From: a virus | Lineage: Duplodnaviria > Caudoviricetes | Virus record (IMG/VR): IMGVR_UViG_3300032327_000792 | DNA length: 64,000 nt | Reading direction: 5' to 3' (one strand) | Shown here: in pieces, positions 27,624 to 38,031 of the stretch | Layout of the letters: the number at the start of each line of letters is the position of its first letter | Numbering within the stretch: the stretch's first letter is position 1 | The notes under the pieces: model-generated | Seen by the model: the letters and a program-made list of their open reading frames with translations, nothing else | Told to the model about the DNA's origin: nothing | Database searches by the model: none | Made by a program: the position numbers and the translations under genes

Positions 27624-28893
27624 ATTGGGGTAGGTAAGTTAAAATACTATTGCCACGACTGGCTTCTAGCTGTTTAAGATAAGTCACAAGATCCGGTAAT
27701 CTTGAGCTTTCATCTTCTACAGATTCAAGATAATTCAAATAGCTCGTTGCATCTTGTACAATCTGTTGTTGGAATCGATTTGGGTCTCGAGTGTTGACAA
27801 TTTGATCACTATCAGCAACCGGGTGAGCAACAATCCAAGATCTTAAAGTTTCTGTTGCAGACTCACGTTGATGTTTGGGCAATACACTGATTCGAAAAAA
27901 TGCAGGGTTATCAATAAAATTGCAACTTTCCACTGCCGTGCCGTGTTGCCAGGCATAGTCATACACTGTGGTCAACTCATGCACAGTCAAACAGGTAGGA
28001 GTAATTCTGATCTGAATTAACCATCCTTGTTTGTGTCCCAATGCTACCCATCGGTCTAACAATTCTCGAGTACGGGCTTGTTTGCCAGGATATCTTACAT
28101 AGTCGTTGACAGCAGTTAGCGTTTCTACGCTCATGCCTAAATTTACCTGTTGAAATTGTGTCAGTAATTCAACCACTGAATCAGACCACACAGTGAGATT
28201 TGTAGTAAAACCAATGCTTATGTTTTTTGCTAGGCCACTATCAACCAAGGCTGACAATATTTTTTTAAAGCCAGGAGTAATTACAGTTTCGCCGCCAAGG
28301 AAATGTAGGTATTGTAAATCGGGACTTTGCGTCAGATCGCGAATGAATTGATCCAGTAATTCTGGGTCGTCGCACCAAGCGGCTGGCGGTATCTGGTCAA
28401 TTAGACCTATACGTTTAAATTCTGTAGCCAGGCTGCTTGAACTTTCTGGACCGCAAAATACACAAGCACCATTACAATAGTTACCTAAGTCTATCTGCCA
28501 ATCAACTACACTTCGAGTAGTACGGCCTTGATTGTTGTTACTGTAATCAAACGCACTCCGCAATGGTGAACCAGCTAGACTTTTTTCAAAATATTTGTCT
28601 TGTACACCAACTTTAAGTAATTGACGTTGTCGACCACTGGGTTTACCGTGTTGTTCCATGCCATGACAATCACTGCAAATTGCAGGTGCTTTGCCTTGCA
28701 ACAAATCTGTTCTGAACTCAGACATCCCCTGTTGAAAATATGTCAATGGTGACATAGTTTTTATATTACGGGTCAAATTAACTCGTGCAGTTCCATTGTG
28801 TGTCATCCACCTACAAGGTTCGTAGGTACCCGAATTAGTGATTCGCATACTTAACCACGGGCTAGAACAAAATGTTTTTTTAAAACTCATCAA
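27592..28893 (-). CDS. Radical SAM protein with N-terminal Cys-rich (twitch/SPASM-like) segment
   Basis: CNGACVFC triad, FLGGET, FTTN; N-terminal CSSPW/PC/CSDC. Confidence 0.88.
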   Translation of the reverse strand: MMSFKKTFCSSPWLSMRITNSGTYEPCRWMTHNGTARVNLTRNIKTMSPLTYFQQGMSEFRTDLLQGKAPAICSDCHGMEQHGKPSGRQRQLLKVGVQDKYFEKSLAGSPLRSAFDYSNNNQGRTTRSVVDWQIDLGNYCNGACVFCGPESSSSLATEFKRIGLIDQIPPAAWCDDPELLDQFIRDLTQSPDLQYLHFLGGETVITPGFKKILSALVDSGLAKNISIGFTTNLTVWSDSVVELLTQFQQVNLGMSVETLTAVNDYVRYPGKQARTRELLDRWVALGHKQGWLIQIRITPTCLTVHELTTVYDYAWQHGTAVESCNFIDNPAFFRISVLPKHQRESATETLRSWIVAHPVADSDQIVNTRDPNRFQQQIVQDATSYLNYLESVEDESSRLPDLVTYLKQLEASRGNSILTYLPQYEDLFRSAGY

Positions 28894-29483
28894 TCACGCT
28901 TAGATATAATTCGATCAGCCAGACCATATGCTACAGCTTCTTCTGCACTCATAAAGTTATCACGTTCCATATCTGCAGTGAGTTGTTCAAACGTCTTACC
29001 GGCAGTATTGTGTGTAACATAGATTTCTGTTAGGTATTTTTTCATTTTTAAAATTTCTTGTGCTTGAATCTGAATATCTGTTGCCTGTCCACGGGCGCCA
29101 CCACTGGGTTGATGAATCATGTGACGAGCATTGGGCAAAATTAATCGTTTGCCAGCGGCCCCGGCTTGTGCCAAACAACTGCCCATACTACATGCTTGAC
29201 CCATGACCACAGTTGATATACTGGGTTTGATAAAGTTCATAGTATCGTAAATGGCCATTCCGGCTGTGACCGAGCCGCCAGGAGAGTTGATGTAAAACAA
29301 AATATCACGATCCGGATCTTCCGATTCTAAAAACAACATCTGAGCAACAATCAAGCTGGCAGTGTGTTCGTTGACATCTGTATCCAACATCACAATACGG
29401 TCTTTTAACAGTCTTGAATAGATATCGTAGCTACGTTCACCTTTGCTTGTTTGTTCTACCACAATGGGCACTAGATTTGGCAT
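28890..29483 (-). CDS. clpP: ATP-dependent Clp protease proteolytic subunit
   Basis: [48 protein letters not shown]. Confidence 0.96.
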   Translation of the reverse strand: MPNLVPIVVEQTSKGERSYDIYSRLLKDRIVMLDTDVNEHTASLIVAQMLFLESEDPDRDILFYINSPGGSVTAGMAIYDTMNFIKPSISTVVMGQACSMGSCLAQAGAAGKRLILPNARHMIHQPSGGARGQATDIQIQAQEILKMKKYLTEIYVTHNTAGKTFEQLTADMERDNFMSAEEAVAYGLADRIISKRD

Positions 29484-29632
29484 TTGATTCCTTTTTCAAT
29501 AATAAGTTTTTGTTGTTGTACATATTCAGCAAAGTGTTTTTATTATACAATATCTTGTCTTTTAATGCAACAAATTTGGCTTGCCAATATTTAGAATCTT
29601 GGGGCACCATCTGTTGTTGAAGATTTTTATGA

Positions 29633-30541
29633 TCATACAACTGCCCGAGGCATGTCTTTGGGCATGGTAAACTTGTGATACTTTGTTAAATGTGTTCGAT
29701 TGTGTTCGGCAATTTCTGCAGCCAGTTCTACGTTGTATCCATTGCCAATAATACAATCCATTACTTGTCGTATGCCGTTCCAACGATCCAGACCTTGATA
29801 TTTATCGTAGCTTTCGTCCCAACATTCACTGTAGGTTCTAAATCCCAGATTGCGTAGATTGTTTAAAAAATTCAACGGTCCAAATACAACAAATGGCCTC
29901 CTTCCAGTCACAGGTCTAAATGTTTTTTCTGTTGGGAAAAATGTAGTACCAGCACACATTGTTTCTGCCACTATTTCAATTTGAAATCGATGATAAAATT
30001 TTAACAAGCTCAAATTTGTGTCTACTGAATTCTGATATTGATCGTCAATAGACATGTTGTCAATGGATGATATGGCCTGCACCGCCGGGTCCCAAGGAGA
30101 AACAGCACAGTCCTCTTTCATCATACTCATGACCACGTGTGCGTAATAGTTAGTTGCAATGTCTACTGCCATCCGATTTCGATCAGGTGTATGCCGCCCA
30201 ACAAAAAATCCAAATTTGACAGCATCACAATCAATTGGCGGAACTTCGGTGTAATAGTGTCCGCTCAGTTGTAAAAAATGGTTATCGGAATAATTTATAT
30301 TTTGATACTGTGTTTTTTCATAAACGTTGGGACTGTTTATGATCACACGATCTGCAGGATGTTGATTGGCACTGACCCACTGATTAATAAAATTTAAAAT
30401 TCCACTGTGTTCAAGACTGATTCCTTCAGCACCGGTGTCAAAACATACCCAATCTGTTGATTGAGTGTTTTTCAGCTGTTCCTCCACCTGTGTTCGGTTT
30501 ATCCATGTGTCACCACTGGCTCTAACTGTTATGGTTTTCAT
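29633..30541 (-). CDS. Glycosyltransferase-like hypothetical protein
   Basis: ET..FPTEKTFRP...PF...LRNLGFRTY..WDESYD shared with 42270..43541. Confidence 0.5.
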   Translation of the reverse strand: MKTITVRASGDTWINRTQVEEQLKNTQSTDWVCFDTGAEGISLEHSGILNFINQWVSANQHPADRVIINSPNVYEKTQYQNINYSDNHFLQLSGHYYTEVPPIDCDAVKFGFFVGRHTPDRNRMAVDIATNYYAHVVMSMMKEDCAVSPWDPAVQAISSIDNMSIDDQYQNSVDTNLSLLKFYHRFQIEIVAETMCAGTTFFPTEKTFRPVTGRRPFVVFGPLNFLNNLRNLGFRTYSECWDESYDKYQGLDRWNGIRQVMDCIIGNGYNVELAAEIAEHNRTHLTKYHKFTMPKDMPRAVV

Positions 30542-30601
30542 TACTTTTTACTTATTGTCCTGGGCAATCATAAGTAATAAAATAACCAAAGAAAACAAAT
30601 T

Positions 30602-32173
30602 ATGCGCGAACTAATCAATCTAATCAACCATCTTGAAGAAGCACGTGGTTTGAGTGCCCGTAAACCCGGGGAAGTATACAGTCGCGGTGACGCTGATGAT
30701 GACAAAATTACGTTTCAAAACTTGACATTCTATCCCAAAGTTGGCAGTTTTACCAGCACAGCAGAAATGATCACTGCATTTGATGCTGTGCAAAAAAAAG
30801 CCGGGCATCCGATTGAAATGATCAATCAACCTGGACGGAATCTTGCATTTGCTGTGGCAGAGTTTGACACCGCAGTAGGACGTAGATATCTAGTTAAGTT
30901 TGCTCAGCGGATCAATCCTGTGCGTGAAAAAAATACATTTTTTCAAACTGACGACATTCCCGGCAACTTCAGTCAAACAGACGCTCGCGGATCAAAAGAA
31001 AAAGCCGGATACAAGCCCAGTGATGTACTAACAGAATTCAAAAGTCAAACTCCTGAATCAATCTTGAGTCAAATTGAAGCTAAGTTTGGTGCAGAATCAG
31101 CAGAATATCAAGCTGCTGTTATTATCACTTCAGCCCGATCGTTTCCTGTATCAGTGCCAGCTGGCAATATGGACTTTGCTGGGTTTAGAGATTACTTCTG
31201 TGAAATGCTACAACCTATTGTGTTGATCAATGGCCAGCCTGTCAAGGGAAATGCTGCTCAAGCGGCTGCAGTGTTTATGGGCAAAAATGGATTCTCTGGC
31301 AGTGTTGTGAGTTTCAATCAAAGCGTGTCTGGTGGGCTCTATGATTCATTGTTGGTCAGCCCTCAAGGCAAACAGATCAAGTTGAGTTCCAAAGGCGCCA
31401 AAGGTGCCATGGCATCCAGTGTAAATTTATTGACCAGTGTGCGTGAACTAGAAGCAGCCGGTATGACTCAATTTCGTGAGCAATACAAAGACGTCATTGA
31501 TATTTTAGAAACCATTGACAAAGGCAACCATGACTCGGGTCCGCTGGAGTTAGCTGTCCAACTTGACATGATTTCACCCGCAGAAGCACAACAAGTTATG
31601 ACCCTAAAAGAGTACGCAGGGGTGCGAGGCTTTGACATTGACCAAACCAACTTATCCAAGAATCTCAAACAGATATACCGAGATCGCACAGCTGAAAATC
31701 CAGAAAAAGTTATTCCACTGAATCACTTGGTATCAAGTATTGCCTACAAAGTGGTAAACCAAATCAACACCAAAACCAATTTTTCAGAAGCAGCTGCCGA
31801 CATTCTCAATAACTCAGCCTTTGTTCAAATGTACACCGATGCCAAAAAAGGCAAAGATGAATTCATTGTTCAGGGCTTTACCACAGTATGGCCCAGCAAG
31901 TTGTTTACCAATGTGACACTGGAAGCCAGTAAAAGTTATAGTTCCACTGCCAGCTCTGGTGGTAAACTGGTATTCAATATCAACAAAGAACCCAAAAATG
32001 TTGCCAACAAAGAATCAAGCAGTGACAATGAAATTGTGGACTTCAAAGCAGACCCAGAAAAGCTAGATAAATTTGCGCAACAACGCACAGGTATTACTGC
32101 AACCGCCGGCGGTATCGAAGAGCCCAAAAAATTAGGGTCCGAAAAGACCCTTGGGCGCAAACGTCAACGATAA
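30602..32173 (+). CDS. Large hypothetical (possibly virion-internal) protein
   Basis: 523 aa on the opposite strand to its flanks; late-like TAAGTA/TAAAATA upstream. Confidence 0.65.
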   Translation: MRELINLINHLEEARGLSARKPGEVYSRGDADDDKITFQNLTFYPKVGSFTSTAEMITAFDAVQKKAGHPIEMINQPGRNLAFAVAEFDTAVGRRYLVKFAQRINPVREKNTFFQTDDIPGNFSQTDARGSKEKAGYKPSDVLTEFKSQTPESILSQIEAKFGAESAEYQAAVIITSARSFPVSVPAGNMDFAGFRDYFCEMLQPIVLINGQPVKGNAAQAAAVFMGKNGFSGSVVSFNQSVSGGLYDSLLVSPQGKQIKLSSKGAKGAMASSVNLLTSVRELEAAGMTQFREQYKDVIDILETIDKGNHDSGPLELAVQLDMISPAEAQQVMTLKEYAGVRGFDIDQTNLSKNLKQIYRDRTAENPEKVIPLNHLVSSIAYKVVNQINTKTNFSEAAADILNNSAFVQMYTDAKKGKDEFIVQGFTTVWPSKLFTNVTLEASKSYSSTASSGGKLVFNINKEPKNVANKESSSDNEIVDFKADPEKLDKFAQQRTGITATAGGIEEPKKLGSEKTLGRKRQR

Positions 32174-32764
32174 TTATTTTTTCATATCACTGATGTAGTC
32201 GCAGATGCCCAGTTCCAAAGCTTCTTCTGCACTGAGGTAAACATCATTGGCTGGCAACAACTTGGTCTTGATTGTTTCTTCGTTGAGTCCAGTGGTTTGT
32301 TGATAGTGACGAATCATTCGTGTTTGTGCCAACCCAAATTCTTTTGTGATCGCAAAAAGTTCATGATGTTTGCCATCACTGCCCCACGAATACTGATGAC
32401 TCAGAATACTGGTATTGGGTGTGAGAATTCTACGTCCGGGAGCGCCAGCCAAAAATATCAACAAACCGCAACTGGACACAGATCCCAATCCCACTGTTTT
32501 GATTGGGATTGAACTGGCTTTCATCACATCAATCAAGGCAAACGCATCTTCCATTGATCCACCGGCACTGCAGATCATCAGCAGTAGCTCTTTTTTCTTT
32601 TTCTTGGCCACATGATTTTCCACCAAAATCCACTCAATAATGGGCTTGATGGTTTCGCTAGCGACGTTGTCCATGAACACATACATGCCAGCATCTTGAA
32701 GAAGCTCGCTGTGGTCTTTGTCTACAAAGTTAATGTCTTTTTCCAGGGGCATTGGGTGAACCAT
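32174..32764 (-). CDS. Divergent ClpP-like protease
   Basis: ICSAGGS, GSVSSCG (nucleophile Ser position), SHQ, D.YLSAEEALELG. Confidence 0.82.
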   Translation of the reverse strand: MVHPMPLEKDINFVDKDHSELLQDAGMYVFMDNVASETIKPIIEWILVENHVAKKKKKELLLMICSAGGSMEDAFALIDVMKASSIPIKTVGLGSVSSCGLLIFLAGAPGRRILTPNTSILSHQYSWGSDGKHHELFAITKEFGLAQTRMIRHYQQTTGLNEETIKTKLLPANDVYLSAEEALELGICDYISDMKK

Positions 32765-32836
32765 GTTGTTTGTGTCCTTTAAGTATGTATATAATTATAC
32801 TGTATTTTCCGGGCATCAACTAGTACTTATGGCGAA

Positions 32837-33811
32837 CTAGCAGTCTTTTTGTGACAGAATTTTTACCTCAATTCTATCCACTTGCTTCAACCTGTGTGTA
32901 TCCTGCCCAAAATTCAATGAAAGATCGCCACCTACACGATATCCTGTGTCAAAAAACGGTGCTGTTTTGTGCCACATCAACAAGTATCTTGTGGGTTTGA
33001 CGAACCCGGTATTTTCAGGACTGATGGTAAATGCTTTACATTCTTTTTGTAATACTGCGCCATGACTGTCCACTGCGGTCAATCGTATTGTGGGTTGTTG
33101 TGTCGTTGCCTGTTGGTACACCCAGGCATTTTTGGCCGGATCACGAGTGAGTTTTAGCGTGTCATTGATTGCATCAACAAATCTAGAGTCCCATTGTATG
33201 GTTACATCAGTGGAAATTACGGCTCTGCGATATTCATCAAATTTGACTCGACTTTTGCCTACTTGGACATCAAAAGCTCTATGAGGATAGTCTTGCATCA
33301 CAGCATTGACCAGTCGATCACCTTGTTGCCGTTCATCCAACAATGTTTCAATTTGGGTGCCAATTCTATCACCCGGAACCTGTTGACTGTTGTGGCTTTG
33401 TCCCAACAGCCTGTGAGCCAGTTTGCTCTCGGCTACCCAAACACGCATTTTTAGTCTGACTCGGTTGCCCACATCCTGTTGTTCCAAGATTTCAAAGCGA
33501 TCAACAAATCCAGAACTGTAGTTGATGATTTCGTCACGCACCAGGCGTTGATTTTGTGTTTGAGTTTGGGTAGCAACCACTGATCCCACGGCTTGATTTA
33601 CTGCGGTGCGAAATCCTTCTAACCTAGCTTGTTCAACAGTGGCACCTTCTGAAACAACATCAACCTGTGTGTAATTCTGTTTGCCTGATCCTAGATTGAG
33701 TGCAATACGTATCACACTCAGCACCACACTGGCTGTGCTCATTGCAGGCGTTTGTGCTTGTGCTGGCCCAACGAGACTCAGCACAAGCATCAAGGCCACT
33801 AACTTGCGCAC
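32837..33811 (-). CDS. Secreted protein with LPP20/FlgT-N-like domain
   Basis: Signal peptide; ARLEGFRTAVNQAVGSVV...DEIINYSSGFVDRFEIL. Confidence 0.55.
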   Translation of the reverse strand: MRKLVALMLVLSLVGPAQAQTPAMSTASVVLSVIRIALNLGSGKQNYTQVDVVSEGATVEQARLEGFRTAVNQAVGSVVATQTQTQNQRLVRDEIINYSSGFVDRFEILEQQDVGNRVRLKMRVWVAESKLAHRLLGQSHNSQQVPGDRIGTQIETLLDERQQGDRLVNAVMQDYPHRAFDVQVGKSRVKFDEYRRAVISTDVTIQWDSRFVDAINDTLKLTRDPAKNAWVYQQATTQQPTIRLTAVDSHGAVLQKECKAFTISPENTGFVKPTRYLLMWHKTAPFFDTGYRVGGDLSLNFGQDTHRLKQVDRIEVKILSQKDC

Positions 33812-33813
33812 TG

Positions 33814-34491
33814 TTACATTGCCATCAAGTTACGCAATACCGGACGTGCAGCATTGCTCTTGCGATCCCAACGATATACTGCACGCACATTCTTGCCGTC
33901 GTTGATTACTTCACCTTCTACCAAATACAATCCACCCAAAATACCACGATTGTTTACTGTGATAGTGGTTCGAACCTGACTGGCAATACGCAATGCATCG
34001 TTGCGAACAGCAGTGTTTTCTTCGCGATTGAGTTCGCCCTTGACTTCTTCATCTGACGTTTCTTCAGCAACTATGTCGCGACTTTTGTTTGTGGCAAACT
34101 TGTTGGTTTTGTTGTCTTTGGCCTGTTCCAAGTTCTTGGAAATCATGGCCACTGAAGTTGTGCTGGCAATTGACTCTTGGTTGATAAAGTCATTCAAACT
34201 TTTCTTTGCTTCAAGTTCAGCCACACGGAATGCTTCGCGAGAGGCATTTTGACTGTTGCCCCACACAGGCGCATAGCCAGTGGTTTCAATTGATTCTACT
34301 TCGCCGCCCAAGGTGTAAGTAACTCTCACACCAAGACGTTTAAAGTCATTGCTGAGTCTTTGTTCCGAGATTGCTTGTTGTGTGCCTGTGGGCAAAGAGG
34401 TACCCGGGCCCATGTTGGATACTTTGGTTGAACTACACGCACCCAATCCTAACGTAGCCAAAATAGCTACTGCCAATACAGTTTGTTTCAT
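33814..34491 (-). CDS. LPP20-like lipoprotein
   Basis: Lipobox LGAC; A...AELEAKKSL..FI. Confidence 0.6.
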   Translation of the reverse strand: MKQTVLAVAILATLGLGACSSTKVSNMGPGTSLPTGTQQAISEQRLSNDFKRLGVRVTYTLGGEVESIETTGYAPVWGNSQNASREAFRVAELEAKKSLNDFINQESIASTTSVAMISKNLEQAKDNKTNKFATNKSRDIVAEETSDEEVKGELNREENTAVRNDALRIASQVRTTITVNNRGILGGLYLVEGEVINDGKNVRAVYRWDRKSNAARPVLRNLMAM

Positions 34492-34579
34492 TTTGATTCC
34501 TTCATTAAAAAATCCAGTATGTGTAATTTAACACAATACTGGATTCTAGTCAACCGGGTCAAAACCCGTTCAAAATCAA

Positions 34580-34834
34580 TTACTTGCTTGTTGTTGCTTT
34601 TTTCAAGTTTGATTGAGCTTGTTCGGCGGCTGTTTGGAAAGCCTTGCCAAATGACTTGGCAGCAACCAAATTAGCACGAGCAAAGTTTGCGTTTGCGGCG
34701 TTCAATGTCAACAATGTTTCTTTGATCTCTGCCTGTGGCAAATATGTCAATACTGATGCCACTGACTTTTCTGTTTGGTCTACGATTGCGTCTACGTTGA
34801 ACATCTGTTCGATTTGTTTTGTAAATTGTTCCAT
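34580..34834 (-). CDS. Small amphipathic helical protein, phasin-like
   Basis: Start MEQFTKQ after AAGGAG; Ala/Gln-rich helical composition. Confidence 0.5.
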   Translation of the reverse strand: MEQFTKQIEQMFNVDAIVDQTEKSVASVLTYLPQAEIKETLLTLNAANANFARANLVAAKSFGKAFQTAAEQAQSNLKKATTSK

Positions 34835-34919
34835 TTTGCTTCTCCTTGAGTTTAAGCGAGTTTTAAAGTTGCTACTGCCCGACCTATTCGGCACAGTATT
34901 TCTTTAACAACTTTATTTA
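34835..34919 (-). promoter_or_regulatory. Late promoter plus ROSE-like leader
   Basis: TAAATA, hairpin with TGCC..GGTCGGGC, then CTCGCT-N7-AGGAG. Confidence 0.55.
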
Positions 34920-34973
34920 TCAAGTTTAACAGACTTTATGTTGCTTTGCAACATAAATTTACACCTTTTTTGA

Positions 34974-35690
34974 CTATTTTGGCAAAACTGCTCTGGGTTT
35001 TGCAAGCCCTAAAGTTTCAAGTATGCGTATATACATCCAACCAATATCAAACTCCCACCAACGCTGACTAAACTTTGGATTTGCACCATCTGCATGGTGT
35101 CCATTGTGTAACTCCTCACCGCCGATCCAGAACGCCCAGGGAATCAAATTGGTTGAAGTATCTGGTGTATTGGTATTTCTATATCCCCACCAATGTGCTA
35201 GACCGTTGATAACTCCGGCTGCCCAAAATGGTACCCAAATCATCTGAATACCCCAAATTACAAACCCCCACCAACCAAACAAAGCTAGATTGATCAACAA
35301 CATAATCGAGATACCCAGACGGCTATGCTTGCTGTAGATGTTGCGTTCCGCCCAATCATCAGGAGTACCAATGCCTAGTCGTTCAACCATGTCACGGTCT
35401 TTGCTGGCTTCGTGATACAAAAACGCACCACTAAACAACACACGCTTGATACCGTGTATTTGTGGTGAGTGCGGATCTCCTTCTTGATCACTGCGTTGAT
35501 GGTGCCGGCGGTGTATAGCTACCCACTGTTTTGTCACCATGCCTGTGGTTAGCCAAAGCCAAGCTCGCATAAAATGATTAACTGCTGGGTGAAATGTCAC
35601 TGCCTTGTGAGTTTGTGATCTATGTAAGTATAGAGTAACACAGGCTATAGTGATTTGTACCATCACCAAGGTATAGATTAGTTCAGTCAT
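34974..35690 (-). CDS. Fatty acid (delta-9-type) desaturase
   Basis: His boxes HRSQTH, HRRHH, HNGHH; TM segments. Confidence 0.92.
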   Translation of the reverse strand: MTELIYTLVMVQITIACVTLYLHRSQTHKAVTFHPAVNHFMRAWLWLTTGMVTKQWVAIHRRHHQRSDQEGDPHSPQIHGIKRVLFSGAFLYHEASKDRDMVERLGIGTPDDWAERNIYSKHSRLGISIMLLINLALFGWWGFVIWGIQMIWVPFWAAGVINGLAHWWGYRNTNTPDTSTNLIPWAFWIGGEELHNGHHADGANPKFSQRWWEFDIGWMYIRILETLGLAKPRAVLPK

Positions 35691-35693
35691 ATG

Positions 35694-36239
35694 TTACTTA
35701 GCAACTGGCCAGCTGTTTTCCAATAACTTGGTAAAGATATTGCGGTTTATTGAAGCAAACTCTTTGCCCACTGAAATCATGCTAGGCGGAGGTAATTCCA
35801 CATTGACATCGCCGTCGCCGTCTTGATTGTGTATTGCCAACTGATATTTTTTGCACAAATGCTGTATGGGCTGGTTCCAGCTCAAACAATGCAGACACAG
35901 TCTTGAGTATCTGCGATTCTGTGCCCAGGTAATGCCTTCATCCATCAAGCGATCAGCAATGCCTTGACCACGATGTTCAGGGTCAACAATAAACCCAAAC
36001 TCAACGTCTGAAGCAGATTGTGTGGCCATATGCAATACTCCCAACCAACTTTCGTGATCAAACGCCACCAAAAAATGATGTTGGTCTGAATTTTTACAGA
36101 TGCGACTCACTAGATTGTTAACGAATTCTGGTTTTACAGGAATTCCAAAGTAAGTTTTCAACGTTTCTGAATCTTGGCGCAACAACCACTCTTTGTACAA
36201 AGGATAGTCTTGTTGCGGCAGAAACATTGTGGTAATCAT
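35694..36239 (-). CDS. GNAT acetyltransferase
   Basis: VDPEHRGQGIADRLM; N...L..K. Confidence 0.85.
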   Translation of the reverse strand: MITTMFLPQQDYPLYKEWLLRQDSETLKTYFGIPVKPEFVNNLVSRICKNSDQHHFLVAFDHESWLGVLHMATQSASDVEFGFIVDPEHRGQGIADRLMDEGITWAQNRRYSRLCLHCLSWNQPIQHLCKKYQLAIHNQDGDGDVNVELPPPSMISVGKEFASINRNIFTKLLENSWPVAK

Positions 36240-36441
36240 TTTTGTTTTTTGTCTTTGTATGCCAAGTATGCGTTACGACCTTCAATCCATGCTTCCAGCA
36301 TGTCTACTAGATATTTTTGTACGGCTTTCATTTTGCGAATTCCTTTGGGTAATGTATAAACTCGTGGTTTATACTGATATATTTATCGTAAAATGTGCAG
36401 ATGCACAAATTATGACTTGATTCTGTCCTCTTTTAGCCCAT

Positions 36442-36705
36442 TTGGATAATATAGGGTTAAATACATGCAAGGAGATTTATATGTTAAACTTTATCAAGAA
36501 ACTTTTTGGCACAGAAAAATCAGCAGAAACAACAACCGAAGTCAAAGGTGTTGAAGCCAAAACTACGTTGGAATTTCATGAAGAAATCAAGCAACAGGTA
36601 GAAGCTCAGCCTTTTCCGATAGCCAAAGAAAAACCGGCAGCTAAAAAAGCCCCGGCCAAAGCTACGGCTAAAAAAGCACCAGCTCGTAAATCAAAAAAAC
36701 AGTAA
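36442..36705 (+). CDS. Small protein with Lys/Ala-rich tail
   Basis: MLNFIKKLFG...KPAAKKAPAKATAKKAPARK; AGGAG RBS and TAAATA upstream. Confidence 0.6.
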   Translation: MDNIGLNTCKEIYMLNFIKKLFGTEKSAETTTEVKGVEAKTTLEFHEEIKQQVEAQPFPIAKEKPAAKKAPAKATAKKAPARKSKKQ

Positions 36706-36990
36706 TTTAATCAAGGCCACTGTGTCCACTGCCACTAGGAAGGCATAGTTGGCCAACCCCCCTAGACTGTTGCGAGTCCATAATGCCCAGGCAAATATGG
36801 CACTGCTGGCCACAGTCAAACTCAAGAACCAAATAAACGGTACGTTGGGTACTGTCCACATAAACATGATGTTGGCTGCTACGCTCATAGTCCAGCCTAG
36901 GATTTCCACAACACACCGAACAGGATGTTCGCGATAGTCTCGAGCTATCCACCCAAAGATATCGTTAAGCACGTTGCTTCCACTGATCAT
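36691..36990 (-). CDS. Small membrane protein
   Basis: Three hydrophobic segments. Confidence 0.6.
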   Translation of the reverse strand: MISGSNVLNDIFGWIARDYREHPVRCVVEILGWTMSVAANIMFMWTVPNVPFIWFLSLTVASSAIFAWALWTRNSLGGLANYAFLVAVDTVALIKLLFF

Positions 36991-37996
36991 ACAACATTTG
37001 AGATGCTAAATTTTTACCCTTAGCTTCGCATTGAATATCAAAGTCCGGGGAGAAAGTCAATGCCCAATCATTCACAGCAGAGTTCCACATAAAGTCAGAA
37101 TGTGCTCGGATTTTTTGTTTTTTCAAGCCTTGAGCAAGAAGTGATTCAAGATCTGGCCTAGTTCGGGTACAATGATCAACAAGAACATCTTCGCGACTAA
37201 CACTGTAATGCATAGCAGGGCGCACACCACGCCAACTGTCAATAACCCTCCGAACACGATCATCCTGCGGATCGATATATTCGCCCGTGTGGACCCAGTG
37301 ATGATGTATATCCAATACAAGAGCGACATGCTCGCCCACAGCAAGAGTAGTGTCCAGACCATTTGTTATTTCGTCATTTTCTATAGTTATGAGATTGCGA
37401 GCCTCGGGTGACAGTTTTTGTAATGTACGCAAGAACTTTTCGGCACCGCCTTTGCCACTCAGGTGCACATTGATCTTGAATCCATGATCATGCCATGATG
37501 CACCATAGCCCATCCAACGTGCCATATCTGCGTGATATTCAAATTCTGCAATACTGCGTTCCACAATACCGTCATTGGCCGAAGCCAACACACAAAATTG
37601 TCCCGGATGAAAGCTCAGTCTAACGTCCAGTCTGCGTGCAGTTTCACCTATGGGTGCAAAAATCTTCTCTAGATGATCCTGTATTGCTCTATCTTGCCAC
37701 CAATCAATCCAGCTGGCTTCGGTATAACCTTGTAGCATTTCACTACCCAGTCGAACCATTCTACGCTCAGGCGGCAATGTGGCCACACGCTCAATCATTT
37801 TGACAGCCGCTGTGGCATTGTGGTTCATAATGTCCCACTGACGTTGTTCAGCCTCTAGTGGATGTTCGCGTAACCAACGCATGGTAGTTGAACGCCCGTT
37901 AAGGTCTCGATCCACGGCATTGACTTTCATACCACCGCATTCAGAAGGGTCATTGAGCCATTTGCAACAGAAGCCAAATCGATTAAGTGTAGTCAT
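36965..37996 (-). CDS. uvsE: UV-damage endonuclease
   Basis: RLSFHPGQFCVLAS, INVHLSG, ITIEND, LDIHHH, RAHSD, CEAKGKNLA. Confidence 0.92.
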   Translation of the reverse strand: MTTLNRFGFCCKWLNDPSECGGMKVNAVDRDLNGRSTTMRWLREHPLEAEQRQWDIMNHNATAAVKMIERVATLPPERRMVRLGSEMLQGYTEASWIDWWQDRAIQDHLEKIFAPIGETARRLDVRLSFHPGQFCVLASANDGIVERSIAEFEYHADMARWMGYGASWHDHGFKINVHLSGKGGAEKFLRTLQKLSPEARNLITIENDEITNGLDTTLAVGEHVALVLDIHHHWVHTGEYIDPQDDRVRRVIDSWRGVRPAMHYSVSREDVLVDHCTRTRPDLESLLAQGLKKQKIRAHSDFMWNSAVNDWALTFSPDFDIQCEAKGKNLASQMLYDQWKQRA

Positions 37997-38002
37997 ACAA
38001 GC

Positions 38003-38031
38003 ATTATATACACAATGCCTTTATGTGTCAA
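38003..38031 (-). promoter_or_regulatory. Sigma70-type promoter for uvsE
   Basis: TTGACA-N17-TATAAT. Confidence 0.8.
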
